Assembly: GCF_042650885.1 (NCBI RefSeq)
Contig: NZ_JBHSBU010000001.1
Span: 398,679 to 462,678 of the forward strand
Direction of reading: 5' to 3'
DNA length: 64,000 bases
Source of the DNA: Chitinimonas lacunae
GTDB lineage: Bacteria > Pseudomonadota > Gammaproteobacteria > Burkholderiales > Chitinimonadaceae
Translations under genes and position numbers: made by a program
Notes under the pieces: generated by a model
Seen by the model: only the letters and a program-made list of their open reading frames with translations
The model's database searches: none
Told to the model about the DNA's origin: nothing
Shown: piece by piece, positions 31,437 to 42,747 of the stretch
Layout: each line of letters opens with the position of its first letter
How positions within the stretch are numbered: position 1 is the first letter of the stretch

Positions 31437-32569
31437 GTCTTGATCTTCACCAATCCATCGAGCAACTGATCGAGGCCACCGAATACCGAAATCTTGTCGA
31501 TCCGCTCGGCGAGTTTTTCCAGGGTTTCCAGCTCCTTCAGCCGCAATGCGGTCGGGTTGTCTTCCATCACCTTGGCGGTGTTGAGCAGCGAGCGGGTGGC
31601 ATTGGTCTCTTCGCGGCGGCGGATCACATTGGCCTGGGCCGCTTTCTCGGCTTCCACCACCTGGGCCAGCAACTGCTTCATTTCGCCCGGCAGCACGATG
31701 TCCTTGACGCCGATCCCCTCGACGCTGAGGCCGAAACCTTCGAGCTGGCTGGTCATATGCTGGCTGACCACTTCGTCGATCAGTCGTTTGTTTTCCAGCA
31801 ATTCATCGAGCGTCCGGGTACCGACGGCTGCGCGCAGGCCAAGCTGCAATTCGCGGTACAGGTGCTCGGCCGGTTTGGCCAGCCGCGAGCAGGCCAGTTC
31901 GACATCGTCGTAGCGCCAGTTGGCACTGAGATTGATGCGCAGGCTAACCTTGTCGCGGGTCAGGATTTCCTGGCCACTGACTTCCAGGGTCTGCAAGCGG
32001 GTATCGATCAGTTCGATGCTCAGTTCGCGGTTGAAGCGCCAGTAGGCAGCGCGTCCCGGCGGCAGCAGGGCGGCGATCTGGCCGTCGACGCGCAGGATGC
32101 CCAGATGGAAGGCCGGCACCTGCTGATTGAGCACTGCGCTCAATCCCTCGATCGGCCGGCTGCGCAGCGGGGCCTGGGTCAGTCGGGCCAGCAGGGCGTC
32201 CGGTACGCGATAGTCGTGGCGCAGGTCGATGCGTTCAAGTCGTTGTGCCACGGCAGCTTTCCAGTACAGGGTGCGCGAGCCGGGCGGCAGGATCTCCACC
32301 AGGATATCGTCCTCAAACCGCAGACCGGCTTCTTCGTCGCCCAGATCGAACTGGTGGAAATGTTCCGCGACCAGGGCCGCTTCATTGCGGCGCAGATAAT
32401 CGGCCAGCGGATGGGTAAACCGCGCCTGCTCAAGCGGCCAGGCGCAGAGGCTGTAGCGTTTGCGCGGATCGAACAGTCTGTATTGGCCCGGCGTCAGCAG
32501 ACCTTGAAAGTCGCCATCGCGCAGCAGCAGGCCGCGCTCGTTTTTGCGGATCAGAAAACGTTGCCACAT
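31433..32569 (-). CDS. SPFH/band-7 (stomatin/slipin-like) domain protein without N-terminal TM anchor
   Basis: C-terminal two thirds is a stomatin-like SPFH domain followed by coiled-coil (...GIGVKDIVLPGEMKQLLAQVVEAEKAAQANVIRRREETNA...). Confidence 0.8.
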   Translation of the reverse strand: MWQRFLIRKNERGLLLRDGDFQGLLTPGQYRLFDPRKRYSLCAWPLEQARFTHPLADYLRRNEAALVAEHFHQFDLGDEEAGLRFEDDILVEILPPGSRTLYWKAAVAQRLERIDLRHDYRVPDALLARLTQAPLRSRPIEGLSAVLNQQVPAFHLGILRVDGQIAALLPPGRAAYWRFNRELSIELIDTRLQTLEVSGQEILTRDKVSLRINLSANWRYDDVELACSRLAKPAEHLYRELQLGLRAAVGTRTLDELLENKRLIDEVVSQHMTSQLEGFGLSVEGIGVKDIVLPGEMKQLLAQVVEAEKAAQANVIRRREETNATRSLLNTAKVMEDNPTALRLKELETLEKLAERIDKISVFGGLDQLLDGLVKIKT

Positions 32570-32809
32570 GGTATGTCACTCCTATTCAAAGAACCGGCGG
32601 GCGCCGATCCACTCGGAGCGAGGGGTGATCAGTCGGGGAGCGCTGTCGGCGTCCAGCACGGTCTGTCACGCGACGCTTTGCGTCGATCGCTCAGTCCCGT
32701 CCAGTCGCTGACGGCGTTGCCCGGCCGGCCTTGCCGCGCCCGGAGCGGATCGGCGGCGACCTTGCCGTCGCGCCGGGTAATGCCAATTGCTTGAGAGGTT
32801 TTACCAGTT

Positions 32810-32903
32810 AGGGCGACCGGACGGGATTCGAACCCGTCAAGCAGCCGCACGGCTGCTGCCACCCTCGATACTGCAACGATGAACCCTTTCATCGGACCGA
32901 CCG
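32810..32903 (-). tRNA. degenerate tRNA-like element (type-II, tRNA-Ser(CGA)-like; probable pseudo-tRNA or integration-site remnant)
   Basis: Minus strand folds as 7-bp acceptor stem with two G.U pairs (CGGTCGG/CCGGTCG), U8, D-stem CGAT/ATCG, anticodon loop AUCGAGG (U33, anticodon CGA) with one A.G mismatch in the stem, 7-bp variable arm AGCAGCC/GGCUGCU, canonical T-arm ACGGG-TTCGAAT-CCCGT. Starts with C1, ends CCU not CCA. Confidence 0.3.
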
Positions 32904-33252
32904 GCGACGACGCGGTACACGCATCCACGACAAGCCTGACTTGGCGATGCGCACCGGCACGGCTTGGGAACCGTTGACCTCGGCGGCGTCACTTGAGCGG
33001 TCGGGACGAAGGATTGCGAGAGTCGTGCCAGAGACGGGAAGTTGTCTTGTGCAATGCTTAAGCGTTTGATCTGTCGGAGAGTTGTGCCGGGCAGGGCGAG
33101 GTGGGAGGGGTGCAGGCAAGGCGAATTCTGATTGATTCAGATAGTGATTTATCTGATTGGATAAATTCCAGTGCCGCCAGCCACGCCGACCAAGCGCTTT
33201 GGCGGCATAATCGGCGCGGTCGTCAGACCAATCAGCTCGGAAAGGGAGTGAA

Positions 33253-34188
33253 ATGGAGAGTCGCAGCGAAGACAAATTGCAGAAGCCCTACCAGCCGCGC
33301 GTCGCATTCGAGCCCGTGTCGTGCCAGTTGGGGGGGCTGCGTTACGCCGTCAAGCGCTGGGGTGCCGCGGCCGGGCGGCCCGTATGGCTGCTCCATGGCT
33401 GGATGGATTGTGCTGCCACCTTTCAGTTTCTGGTCGATGCCCTGCCTGCCGACTGGCTGGCCGAACATAGCCTGTTTGCGCCGGACTGGCGCGGCTTCGG
33501 CGACAGTCAGTGGAATGCCGAGGGCTATTACTTTCCTGACTATCTTGCTGATCTCGAGCTGTTGCTCGACCATTTTTCCCCGGCTGGGCCGGTAGCGCTG
33601 GTCGGTCACAGCATGGGCGGCATGGTGGCTGGGCTGTATGCCGGCATCCGACCCGAACGGGTGTCACGGCTGGTATCGCTCGAAGGCTTTGGGCTGCCTG
33701 CCACTCAGCCCGAGCAAGCCGTCGAGCGTTATGGCCGCTGGCTGACCCAGCGGCGCGAAGCGCTGACGACGCGGCCTTTCGCCTCACTCGACGAAGTGGC
33801 CGAGCGGCTGCGCCGTAACAACTCGATGCTCGATCAGGCGCGTGCCCTCTGGCTGGCGCCCTTTCTGGCCGCCGAGACGGAACCGGGACACTGGGTCTAT
33901 CGGGCCGACCCCAAACATCGCTGGGTCAATCCGGTGCTGTACCGGCTTGAAGAAGCCATGGCCTGCTGGCGCGCCTGCCGGGCTGCGACGCTATGGCTGG
34001 CTGGCGACGAAGCTAAGCTGCTGAGCTGGCTCAAGCTCACCCCCGAGCAGTTCGCCGAGCGGCAGGCGGCGTTCAGTGGGCTGCGTTATCAGGTGCTGCC
34101 GGGCTGCGGTCACAATCTGCACCATGACAACCCGGCTGCCGTGGCAACGGCCCTGGTCGAATTCTGGCGTGAGACGACGGCGGATTGA
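33253..34188 (+). CDS. alpha/beta hydrolase
   Basis: GHSMGG nucleophile elbow, HGWMD oxyanion region, C-terminal GCGHNLHHD catalytic His. Confidence 0.75.
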   Translation: MESRSEDKLQKPYQPRVAFEPVSCQLGGLRYAVKRWGAAAGRPVWLLHGWMDCAATFQFLVDALPADWLAEHSLFAPDWRGFGDSQWNAEGYYFPDYLADLELLLDHFSPAGPVALVGHSMGGMVAGLYAGIRPERVSRLVSLEGFGLPATQPEQAVERYGRWLTQRREALTTRPFASLDEVAERLRRNNSMLDQARALWLAPFLAAETEPGHWVYRADPKHRWVNPVLYRLEEAMACWRACRAATLWLAGDEAKLLSWLKLTPEQFAERQAAFSGLRYQVLPGCGHNLHHDNPAAVATALVEFWRETTAD

Positions 34189-34515
34189 GGGAAGCGATCG
34201 GCCTCACTGGATCTGCAGAAAAATGAAGATCTGCCTTTGACTTGGCGTCCAGCTGGATCAGTGGTGTCGGCTGGGACAGGACACAGATCGTCAACTGCCA
34301 TGAGCCTCTCTGCAAATCTGGAGATAGGGACGGGGCTGTTATGCCGGTTTATGACTGGTACAGCCTGTCCGTTGGGGGGCTGGGCGCCAATTTCAATGAA
34401 AATTGGCGTGCCGGGTCCAAGCGGGGTGTTGGGGAAGTGGAGTCGCTGCCTTGTCCGGGGTAGCTGGAGACGCGGTGTTTACCCTATCGCTGCCGCGTCC
34501 TCGAGATATTGCCAG

Positions 34516-35283
34516 CTACTGGCCGATCAGCTCACGCAACACGCTGGTATCGAGCTGGAGCTGGACCTTGTCGGCGGCGTCGGGCGCGTCGGCCAGGAAA
34601 TGGAAGAACTCGCGCGCCAACCCAACGAAGACATGCCAATGTTCCTGGTTCGGGATCATGGCCAGCACCTTGTCGACGCCGCCGCGATAGCTCTCGGTGT
34701 TCTGCGGTGCGTCGCGGATGGTGAACAGCAGCAGCTTGATCAGCCGCATCCGCAACAGGGAGTTTTTCTCGTCGAGCCCGAGCTTGCGCAGCGCTTCACC
34801 ATAGCGATGCAGGCTGCGGAACTGCAAAAGCTGCCGCTCGAGACCTGCCACGGTGGCCTTGGCCCACGGGTCGATTTCCATCCTTTGCAGACTGTCGGCC
34901 AGGCCGCTGCCCAGGCTCGGTGATGGTGGGCTAAGCCGGGTGACCGTCACTGGCGGGTTGGCCGCCGCGGCCGGTGTCGCAGGGCTGGGAGGTGTTGCGC
35001 TCGACGGCTCGGCGCTTGGGCGCGGCGGGGGTTCGCCCGCCCAGTAGGGGAAGAATTCGCGTACCGCATCGAGGAATTCGCGCTGTGGGAAGATACGGGC
35101 GACTTCCTCGGTGGCGCGGCGGTAGCCGTGCCGGTCGGGCGTCTCTTCCTTCAAGGCGGTCAATAGATGGCGCAGGTAATGGCGCGCCATGGTGAGCTGC
35201 TTGGTCGGTACGCCTTTCTGGCGGGCATCTTGCAGATAACGTTCAAGCGCCTCGTCGGGGCCGAGTCGTGTCTTGGTGTTCAT
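34516..35283 (-). CDS. hypothetical protein, paralog A of tandem pair (internal two-fold repeat)
   Basis: Shares LRHLL...YRRA...AREFFP(Y/F)W and LIKLLLFTIRDA...YRGGVD...AREFFHFL blocks with the upstream gene; Pro/Ser/Ala-rich central linker. Confidence 0.6.
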   Translation of the reverse strand: MNTKTRLGPDEALERYLQDARQKGVPTKQLTMARHYLRHLLTALKEETPDRHGYRRATEEVARIFPQREFLDAVREFFPYWAGEPPPRPSAEPSSATPPSPATPAAAANPPVTVTRLSPPSPSLGSGLADSLQRMEIDPWAKATVAGLERQLLQFRSLHRYGEALRKLGLDEKNSLLRMRLIKLLLFTIRDAPQNTESYRGGVDKVLAMIPNQEHWHVFVGLAREFFHFLADAPDAADKVQLQLDTSVLRELIGQ

Positions 35284-35314
35284 CGTGGCTCAAAAAGCTG
35301 GCCGGAGGCAGGTT

Positions 35315-35992
35315 TCAGGCGCTCGGGGCCCGGTCGAGCGGGGTCTGGCTGTGAAACCCGTTCCAGTAATAGAAAAATTCACGGGCAACATCGATAAACG
35401 CCCGCCGCGTGTCCTCCTTGGAAAAGAGCGTCAGCATGGCATCGACACCGGCGCGGTAGGCAGTGGGCATCGGCATGGCGTCGCGGATCACGAACAGCAG
35501 CAGCTTGAGCAGCCGCTCGCGTAGATCGATCACTGCGTCGTCGGCACCGCGCGCCGACAGTTCGACCAGATAGTGCTGTAGGCACTCCGGCTCTTGCTGG
35601 GACCAGGGGTGGCGGTCCATGCGCTCGAACATATCGATCAGACTGCCGCTGATATCGAGTGGCACCGGGTCGAGCGTCAGCGCCTCGGCGCTGTTGAGGC
35701 GGGCGATGGTTTTCAGGTCGCCCAGCCAGAACGGGTGGAATTCCCGCGCTGCGCTGATGATCTCGATTTGTTGCTCGTTGGGAAAATTGTTCTGGATTTG
35801 ATCGACGGCACGGCGGTAGCCCGCGTCGTCATCGTCGATAAAGCGTCCGGCCTGGGCTTCAAGCGCCGATAGCAGATGTCGCAAGATATGCTTGCGTTGA
35901 TTGATCAGGCTGGTTGCCGCGCCCTTGGTTTTCAGCAGATTCAGGTAGGCGGCCAGCGAAGTTTCGGCGTGCTGCGATTCGTACGTCGGCAT
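35315..35992 (-). CDS. hypothetical protein, paralog B of tandem pair
   Basis: Collinear similarity to paralog A over the whole length (LAAYLNLLKTKG/LERYLQDARQKG; KHILRHLLSAL/RHYLRHLLTAL; AREFHPFW/VREFFPYW; LLKLLLFVIRDA/LIKLLLFTIRDA; AREFFYYW/AREFFHFL). Confidence 0.6.
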   Translation of the reverse strand: MPTYESQHAETSLAAYLNLLKTKGAATSLINQRKHILRHLLSALEAQAGRFIDDDDAGYRRAVDQIQNNFPNEQQIEIISAAREFHPFWLGDLKTIARLNSAEALTLDPVPLDISGSLIDMFERMDRHPWSQQEPECLQHYLVELSARGADDAVIDLRERLLKLLLFVIRDAMPMPTAYRAGVDAMLTLFSKEDTRRAFIDVAREFFYYWNGFHSQTPLDRAPSA

Positions 35993-36091
35993 GACCGTTG
36001 GGCGCTCGGAAGAACTTGTTTTTGGATTCTAGTTGATTTGTTCTACCTTGCCAGAACGCGGCAAGTCCCGTCCGTCTGGTAAAATCCGGCA

Positions 36092-37999
<1,908 letters not shown>

Positions 38000-38003
38000 T
38001 CCC

Positions 38004-39161
38004 ATGACTGTCGAACTCACCCTCGTCGGCGCCAGCCGGCAACGGAGCCGCACTGTCGCGCTGTGTTTTCTGTTTGTGCTGCTTGGCGTGATCTACGCCA
38101 GCTGGTCGTCGCGGATTCCCGCCGTGCGCGACGCACTGCGGCTCGATGCCGCCACGCTTGGCACGGTATTGCTGGGCGGCGGGATCGGTGCGGTGGTCGC
38201 GTTTCCGTTCGCGTCCTGGCTGGTCGGCCATTATGGTGCCCGCAATGCTTCGCTGTTCTCGGGACTGTGGCTGGTGGGCTGTCTGCCGCTGCTGGCCTGG
38301 ATGCCGAACAGCCTGGCCTTGATGCTCGGCATGCTGGCGCTTGGCATGGGAGTGAGCTGCTTTGATGTGGCGATCAATGCCCTGGGTGCCGAGGTCGAGC
38401 GGGCCTCGGAGCGCTCGATGATGTCGCTGCTGCATGCCTGGTTCTGCGTCGGCTCGTTCGGCGGCGCCCTGCTGGGCAGTGGGGCTGCCGCGATTGGGCT
38501 GGCGCCATGGCTTCATTTCCTGCTGGCAAGCACGCTGCTGCTGCCGGCGCTGCTGTGGGCCTGCTCGGCGCTGCCCTGCGACCGGCCCGAGCCACAACCC
38601 GGCCGCAAGCATTTCGCCCTGCCGCATGGAGCCTTGGTCTGGCTCGGAGCGATTGCCTTTCTTGGCGCGATTACCGAGGGTTCGCTGGGTAGCTGGACCA
38701 CGCTTTATCTACGCGACCATCTGCATGCCAGCGAAGCCCTGGCGCCGCTTGGCTATGCCTTCTTCTCCGGCGCGATGCTGGTGGCGCGGCTGCTGGGCGA
38801 CCGGCTCAAGGATCGCTTCGGTGCGCGCGCCGTGGTGGCATGGGGAAGTCTGTTGGCAGGCGGCGGACTGGGGCTGGCCGTGATGGCGACTTCCGTGCCG
38901 GTCGCTATCGTCGGTTTTGTCGCGACGGGTCTGGGCGTCGCCGGCGTCTTCCCGTTTGTCTTCAGTGCTGCCGGGCGCGAAGGCTCGTCAGCGCTCGCCG
39001 CTGTCGCCACGATGGGTTATAGCGGCAGCCTGATCGGTCCGCCGGTGATCGGCTATATCGTCCACGGCTTCGGCCTGCCGGCCGGCATTGCTTTTCTGGC
39101 CCTGGCCAGTGTCGTGGCCGGGGTGGCGGCCTGGCAGGCCAGTCTGCTGCGACAGGCTTGA
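38004..39161 (+). CDS. MFS transporter
   Basis: 12-TM-like hydrophobic profile; starts 5 nt after yheS stop. The tracked ORF is over-extended upstream in the yheS frame region. Confidence 0.8.
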   Translation: MTVELTLVGASRQRSRTVALCFLFVLLGVIYASWSSRIPAVRDALRLDAATLGTVLLGGGIGAVVAFPFASWLVGHYGARNASLFSGLWLVGCLPLLAWMPNSLALMLGMLALGMGVSCFDVAINALGAEVERASERSMMSLLHAWFCVGSFGGALLGSGAAAIGLAPWLHFLLASTLLLPALLWACSALPCDRPEPQPGRKHFALPHGALVWLGAIAFLGAITEGSLGSWTTLYLRDHLHASEALAPLGYAFFSGAMLVARLLGDRLKDRFGARAVVAWGSLLAGGGLGLAVMATSVPVAIVGFVATGLGVAGVFPFVFSAAGREGSSALAAVATMGYSGSLIGPPVIGYIVHGFGLPAGIAFLALASVVAGVAAWQASLLRQA

Positions 39162-39458
39162 TGCCTGTCCGCTTCGCCATGGCGTCCGCCTCCAGCTCGT
39201 CGTGCTGTCGGACGCCATGCCGGAGAGAAATGCGCTAAGGCGTGTCATCCATCAAGTCAGACAATGGCGGCGACCGGCTGGATGGCAGAGAGGAAGTTGG
39301 CAGCGGTTTTGCTATGGCGAGTGGTGATGGCGCGGTATGGCTTTCGTTGTGCACACGACGAACAACTAGCTGTCCATGCCGCTCGCCGAAGGAATACTTC
39401 GCTTATTTCATCGCTGCGGCGGCGGCTTAACACAGCGTTAGGGTCTTGCATGAAGCTC

Positions 39459-39788
39459 GCAACGATCAGGTTCTTTCAAGGGTTCTACAAGCTCGTCATG
39501 GCTGCCAACATTCTTTCTTTTGTCTGGCTCGGGCTTCAGTCGCTTATTTCGCCCCAGATCCCGGTCAGTGTTCCCTTGCTGAGTGCCCTGGCCACCTTCT
39601 TTTTGATCGGCGTCTGTGTTGCGGTGCTGGGTTCTGCAAAATGCCCGGCCTGCAAGAAGCCCTTCGTTGGGTCTACCGCCGAAGATGGGGAGCCTGTGGC
39701 GTCGTTTTGCACCGCCTGTTGTGCTTACTGTGGGTTTCCTACCAGCAGCGAACTCACGAGGTCTGTCGATTTGTCGCACCCTCAGTGA
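39459..39788 (+). CDS. small 2-TM protein with C-terminal zinc ribbon (CPACKK...CTACCAYC); low GC
   Basis: Start at MKLATIRFF...; two hydrophobic helices then Cys cluster; lies in a low-GC patch. Confidence 0.35.
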   Translation, partial: ATIRFFQGFYKLVMAANILSFVWLGLQSLISPQIPVSVPLLSALATFFLIGVCVAVLGSAKCPACKKPFVGSTAEDGEPVASFCTACCAYCGFPTSSELTRSVDLSHPQ

Positions 39789-39893
39789 GTCATCGCGGAC
39801 GGCAAGGCCATTCATCTCCATTGAAGTTTTATTTTTTCGTCTTTCCGGCAACATTACTTGCGGACGTTTTGCTGATTATTTGTATTGAGGCCG

Positions 39894-41111
39894 CTAGGAC
39901 GCCATCGGTGTTGAGGCGGCGGCCTGTCGGCGCCATGGTGGCAGATAGGCAACGGTAATGGCCCGTAGCAGCCATTCCAGCGGTCCGTACTGATGGTGAC
40001 GCAGCCACCAGGCGCTCAGCGGCAGTTGCAGCACAAACACGCCAAGACCGAGCAGGAAGGTCGGCAAAGGCGCCAACTGGCCTTGCAGCTTCAGGCCATA
40101 GCCGGTGAACAGCAAGGCGCCGATCAACGATTGCAGCAGATAGTTCGACAAGGCCATCCGCCCGGCCGGCGCCAGCGCTCGCAGCAGCAGCGGACCGACG
40201 CGACTGCGGAAGGCACCCAGCAGCAAGACCAGATAGGCGGCACTGAGCAGCGGGGCAGTCAACAGGCCCACTCCCAGACCCAGCAGCGCGGTGCTGGCAT
40301 AGTCGGGCGATTGCGAAGTCAGGGTATAGACCAGCGCGCCCGACAGGCCACCCAGCAGCAGATAGGGCAGACGCGGCCGCAAGGTCTGCCAGACGATTTC
40401 CGGCGTGGCCAGCCATTGGTGCCGTCCCGCCAGCAGACCCAGCAGAAACATCGCCAGCGCGCACGGACCCTGCAACAGCAGCAACACGGCCCAGATTTCG
40501 GTGCGCAAGGCATGCCAGTTCTGCGCCAGCACCGCTGCAACGTCCCCGCGATAGGCCGCTTCGGTGCGCATTGCATACTCGACCATCGCGGCCCGGTCGG
40601 GCGCGCCTTCAGGTGGACCGAGCAGCAGCAAGGCACCCAGCCCCCCCCATAACAGCGCCTGGGCGACGATCAAGCCGATTGCCCCGCGTAGCAGATAGCG
40701 ATCTTCCAATTCCCGCAAGCCCAGCAACAACACGCCCATCAGGGCATAGGTGCCGAGGATGTCGCCCGGAAACAGCAGCAGCGCATGCGCCAGCCCGATC
40801 ACGGCAAGCCCGAGCAAGCGCCGGCCGAACCGTGGCACAAAGGCCGCTCCGGACCGTTCTGCCGCTTCGATCTGCAAGGTAAAGCTGTAGCCGAACAGAA
40901 ACGAGAACAAGAGATAGAACTTGGCCTCGAAGAACAGGGAAATCCATACCCGAACCGCTTGATCGAGCGGCCCGGCATAACGCGGGTCGGTCATGCCGCT
41001 GCTGAAATAGGGTGAGGCAAAGGCGGTCAGGTTGACGGTCAGAATCCCGAATAACGCAAAACCACGCAGGGAATCGAGTTCGACCAGACGGTCATTGAGG
41101 GAGGTGGACAC
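39894..41111 (-). CDS. DUF418 (YeiB-like) membrane protein
   Basis: N-terminal LDSLRGFALFGILTVN and C-terminal GPLEWLLRAITV signatures of the YeiB/DUF418 family. Confidence 0.75.
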   Translation of the reverse strand: MSTSLNDRLVELDSLRGFALFGILTVNLTAFASPYFSSGMTDPRYAGPLDQAVRVWISLFFEAKFYLLFSFLFGYSFTLQIEAAERSGAAFVPRFGRRLLGLAVIGLAHALLLFPGDILGTYALMGVLLLGLRELEDRYLLRGAIGLIVAQALLWGGLGALLLLGPPEGAPDRAAMVEYAMRTEAAYRGDVAAVLAQNWHALRTEIWAVLLLLQGPCALAMFLLGLLAGRHQWLATPEIVWQTLRPRLPYLLLGGLSGALVYTLTSQSPDYASTALLGLGVGLLTAPLLSAAYLVLLLGAFRSRVGPLLLRALAPAGRMALSNYLLQSLIGALLFTGYGLKLQGQLAPLPTFLLGLGVFVLQLPLSAWWLRHHQYGPLEWLLRAITVAYLPPWRRQAAASTPMAS

Positions 41112-41326
41112 GGGTCTTGGAGACGATTGATCTGATCAGCCGCTATTGTGCGCTTCATCCGACGGGCGGATGGCTTCTTTCGAGGCAAGGCTGGTCGAGC
41201 GGGGCGTTGGGCGGCTGGACAGTCCTTACCCCTGAAGAAGCGGAGGCGGCGAGGGCGCGCTCCTGTTGCTGGGCAGACGGGAGAGGTCGATAAAAAACGC
41301 CGCATGGCAGTGACCATGCGGCGTTC

Positions 41327-41464
41327 GGATCTCAGTACGCCCGGCAGGACAGCGCGTGATGCGCGGCGGCCGCTGAAGGGTTGGTGCCCTGACGCCGGCT
41401 GGCGATTCTCGGGCCGACCTTGCGCCACAGAAAATAAATCAGCGAGAGCGACAGGTTCATGATG
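41327..41464 (-). CDS. possible 45-aa small membrane protein (not in ORF track)
   Basis: ATG preceded by AGGAG at 8 nt; MNLSLSLIYFLWRKVGPRIASRR... hydrophobic N-terminus; 31 nt downstream of the 66-aa ORF. Confidence 0.25.
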
Positions 41465-41495
41465 GCGACTCCTATGACTCGACGGCTGGCAGCGC

Positions 41496-41695
41496 TCAGT
41501 TGAGCGGGCGGCCGATCATGACTTCGGGCAGGTCGTCGGGGGCGTAGTTATATACCCGACGGTTGACTTCTTTCATCCAGAAACGCACCGGGACGCCTCC
41601 GGGGGTTTTATCGTGCCAACCGGCATCCGGATTCAAGGGGTCGTCACCACACGGACGGCCTTTGGCAGGATCGATATTCGGGTTGGGACTGGACA
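41496..41695 (-). CDS. small hypothetical protein (66 aa)
   Basis: MSSPNPNIDPAKGRPCGDDPLNPDAGWHDKTPGGVPVRFWMKEVNRRVYNYAPDDLPEVMIGRPLN; internal ATG of a longer tracked ORF. Confidence 0.3.
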
Positions 41696-41946
41696 TGGCA
41701 TGACTCCTCGACGGATGACCAGTAATGGTCTGTTTGCGTTGAGGAAATTCTCTCGCAGCGGTCCGGGGCGGACAATTTGCGTTCGCCCGATTTTGCTGTC
41801 GGAACAAGGCGCAAGACTTTGTAGGCAAATCCCTACAAGCGATCCTGACCCTGTTTTGGGAAAGTTTTCTGCCTAAGCTGAGCTAGAACTGCGGTCAGAT
41901 TGCGTAAAAAATAAAAATGATCGGGTCCACCTCTCCCATCCCCTCC

Positions 41947-42747
41947 TCAATGTCCTACCACCAGCGGATGGTTGCCATCGCTCACGATGATATGGCAGCC
42001 CTGGCCGCACTTGTCGTAGAGCTGCTTGCGCGCCTTGATGTCTTCGAGCCGGATGAACTGGTCGGGATTGAGTCCCAGCTCATTGCGATAGGCATTATCG
42101 GCCGCCGCCCGCGCCCGTTCGGCCTCGCGGCGCTGGTCCTCGGCCTGGCGGGCCGCTTCCATGGTCTTGCTGCGCTGTTTCTGGCGGCCGGTTTCGTTGA
42201 TCTCATCGAGGATCTTCTGGTCGGGCAGCACCTTACCCAGATTGACATCGAGCACGGTGACCGGCAGGCCGTTGTCCTTGACCAGCTTGCGGGTGGTATC
42301 GAGGATGGCGACTTCGAGTTGCTGGACCGACTGGTTGTCCGACAGCAGTTGGTTGAGGGTGTACTGCTTGGCCAGATTGCGCACGATGGTGCGGTACTGT
42401 TCCTTGAGATTGTTGTCGTACCAGGCCACGCCGTACTTCTGGATGATCACGACCGGGTCTTTGATCTGGAGCTGTAGAAAGGAATTGAAATCGACCGGGA
42501 TATTGTCGCCGGCGGTGATCAGATCGTCGAAACGCTCATCGATCTTGATCGGCACCACGGGCACATCGATTCCGCTGGTAGACCACCATTGCCATGATGA
42601 ACCGGGCTTCTGGCTTTCCTCGCGGACCCCGCCGTGGCCGACAAAGAAGGGTTTGTCGACCAGGACGGTTTCGGTACCGGGTTCGGTGCTGATCCGTGAA
42701 CAGGCGCTGAGCAGAAGGGCCAGGCAGAGCAGGGGAAGTCGCGGCAT
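41947..42747 (-). CDS. SPFH/band-7 domain lipoprotein
   Basis: Signal peptide with lipobox LLSAC; SPFH-like core and C-terminal charged coiled coil (RQKQRSKTMEAARQAEDQRREAERARAAADNAYR); lower GC than neighbours. Confidence 0.7.
   Translation of the reverse strand: MPRLPLLCLALLLSACSRISTEPGTETVLVDKPFFVGHGGVREESQKPGSSWQWWSTSGIDVPVVPIKIDERFDDLITAGDNIPVDFNSFLQLQIKDPVVIIQKYGVAWYDNNLKEQYRTIVRNLAKQYTLNQLLSDNQSVQQLEVAILDTTRKLVKDNGLPVTVLDVNLGKVLPDQKILDEINETGRQKQRSKTMEAARQAEDQRREAERARAAADNAYRNELGLNPDQFIRLEDIKARKQLYDKCGQGCHIIVSDGNHPLVVGH

Noticed and set aside
32810-32903. Calling it a functional tRNA-Ser
   Set aside because: C1 start, two wobble pairs in acceptor, A.G mismatch in anticodon stem, odd D-loop and no CCA make a functional tRNA unlikely; kept only as tRNA-like/pseudo element
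32810-33170. tmRNA (ssrA) hypothesis for the tRNA-like element
   Set aside because: No tag-peptide reading frame (ANDE...ALAA-stop) nearby, no plus-strand T-arm, and the 5' GGGCGACC resemblance is just the complement of the acceptor strand
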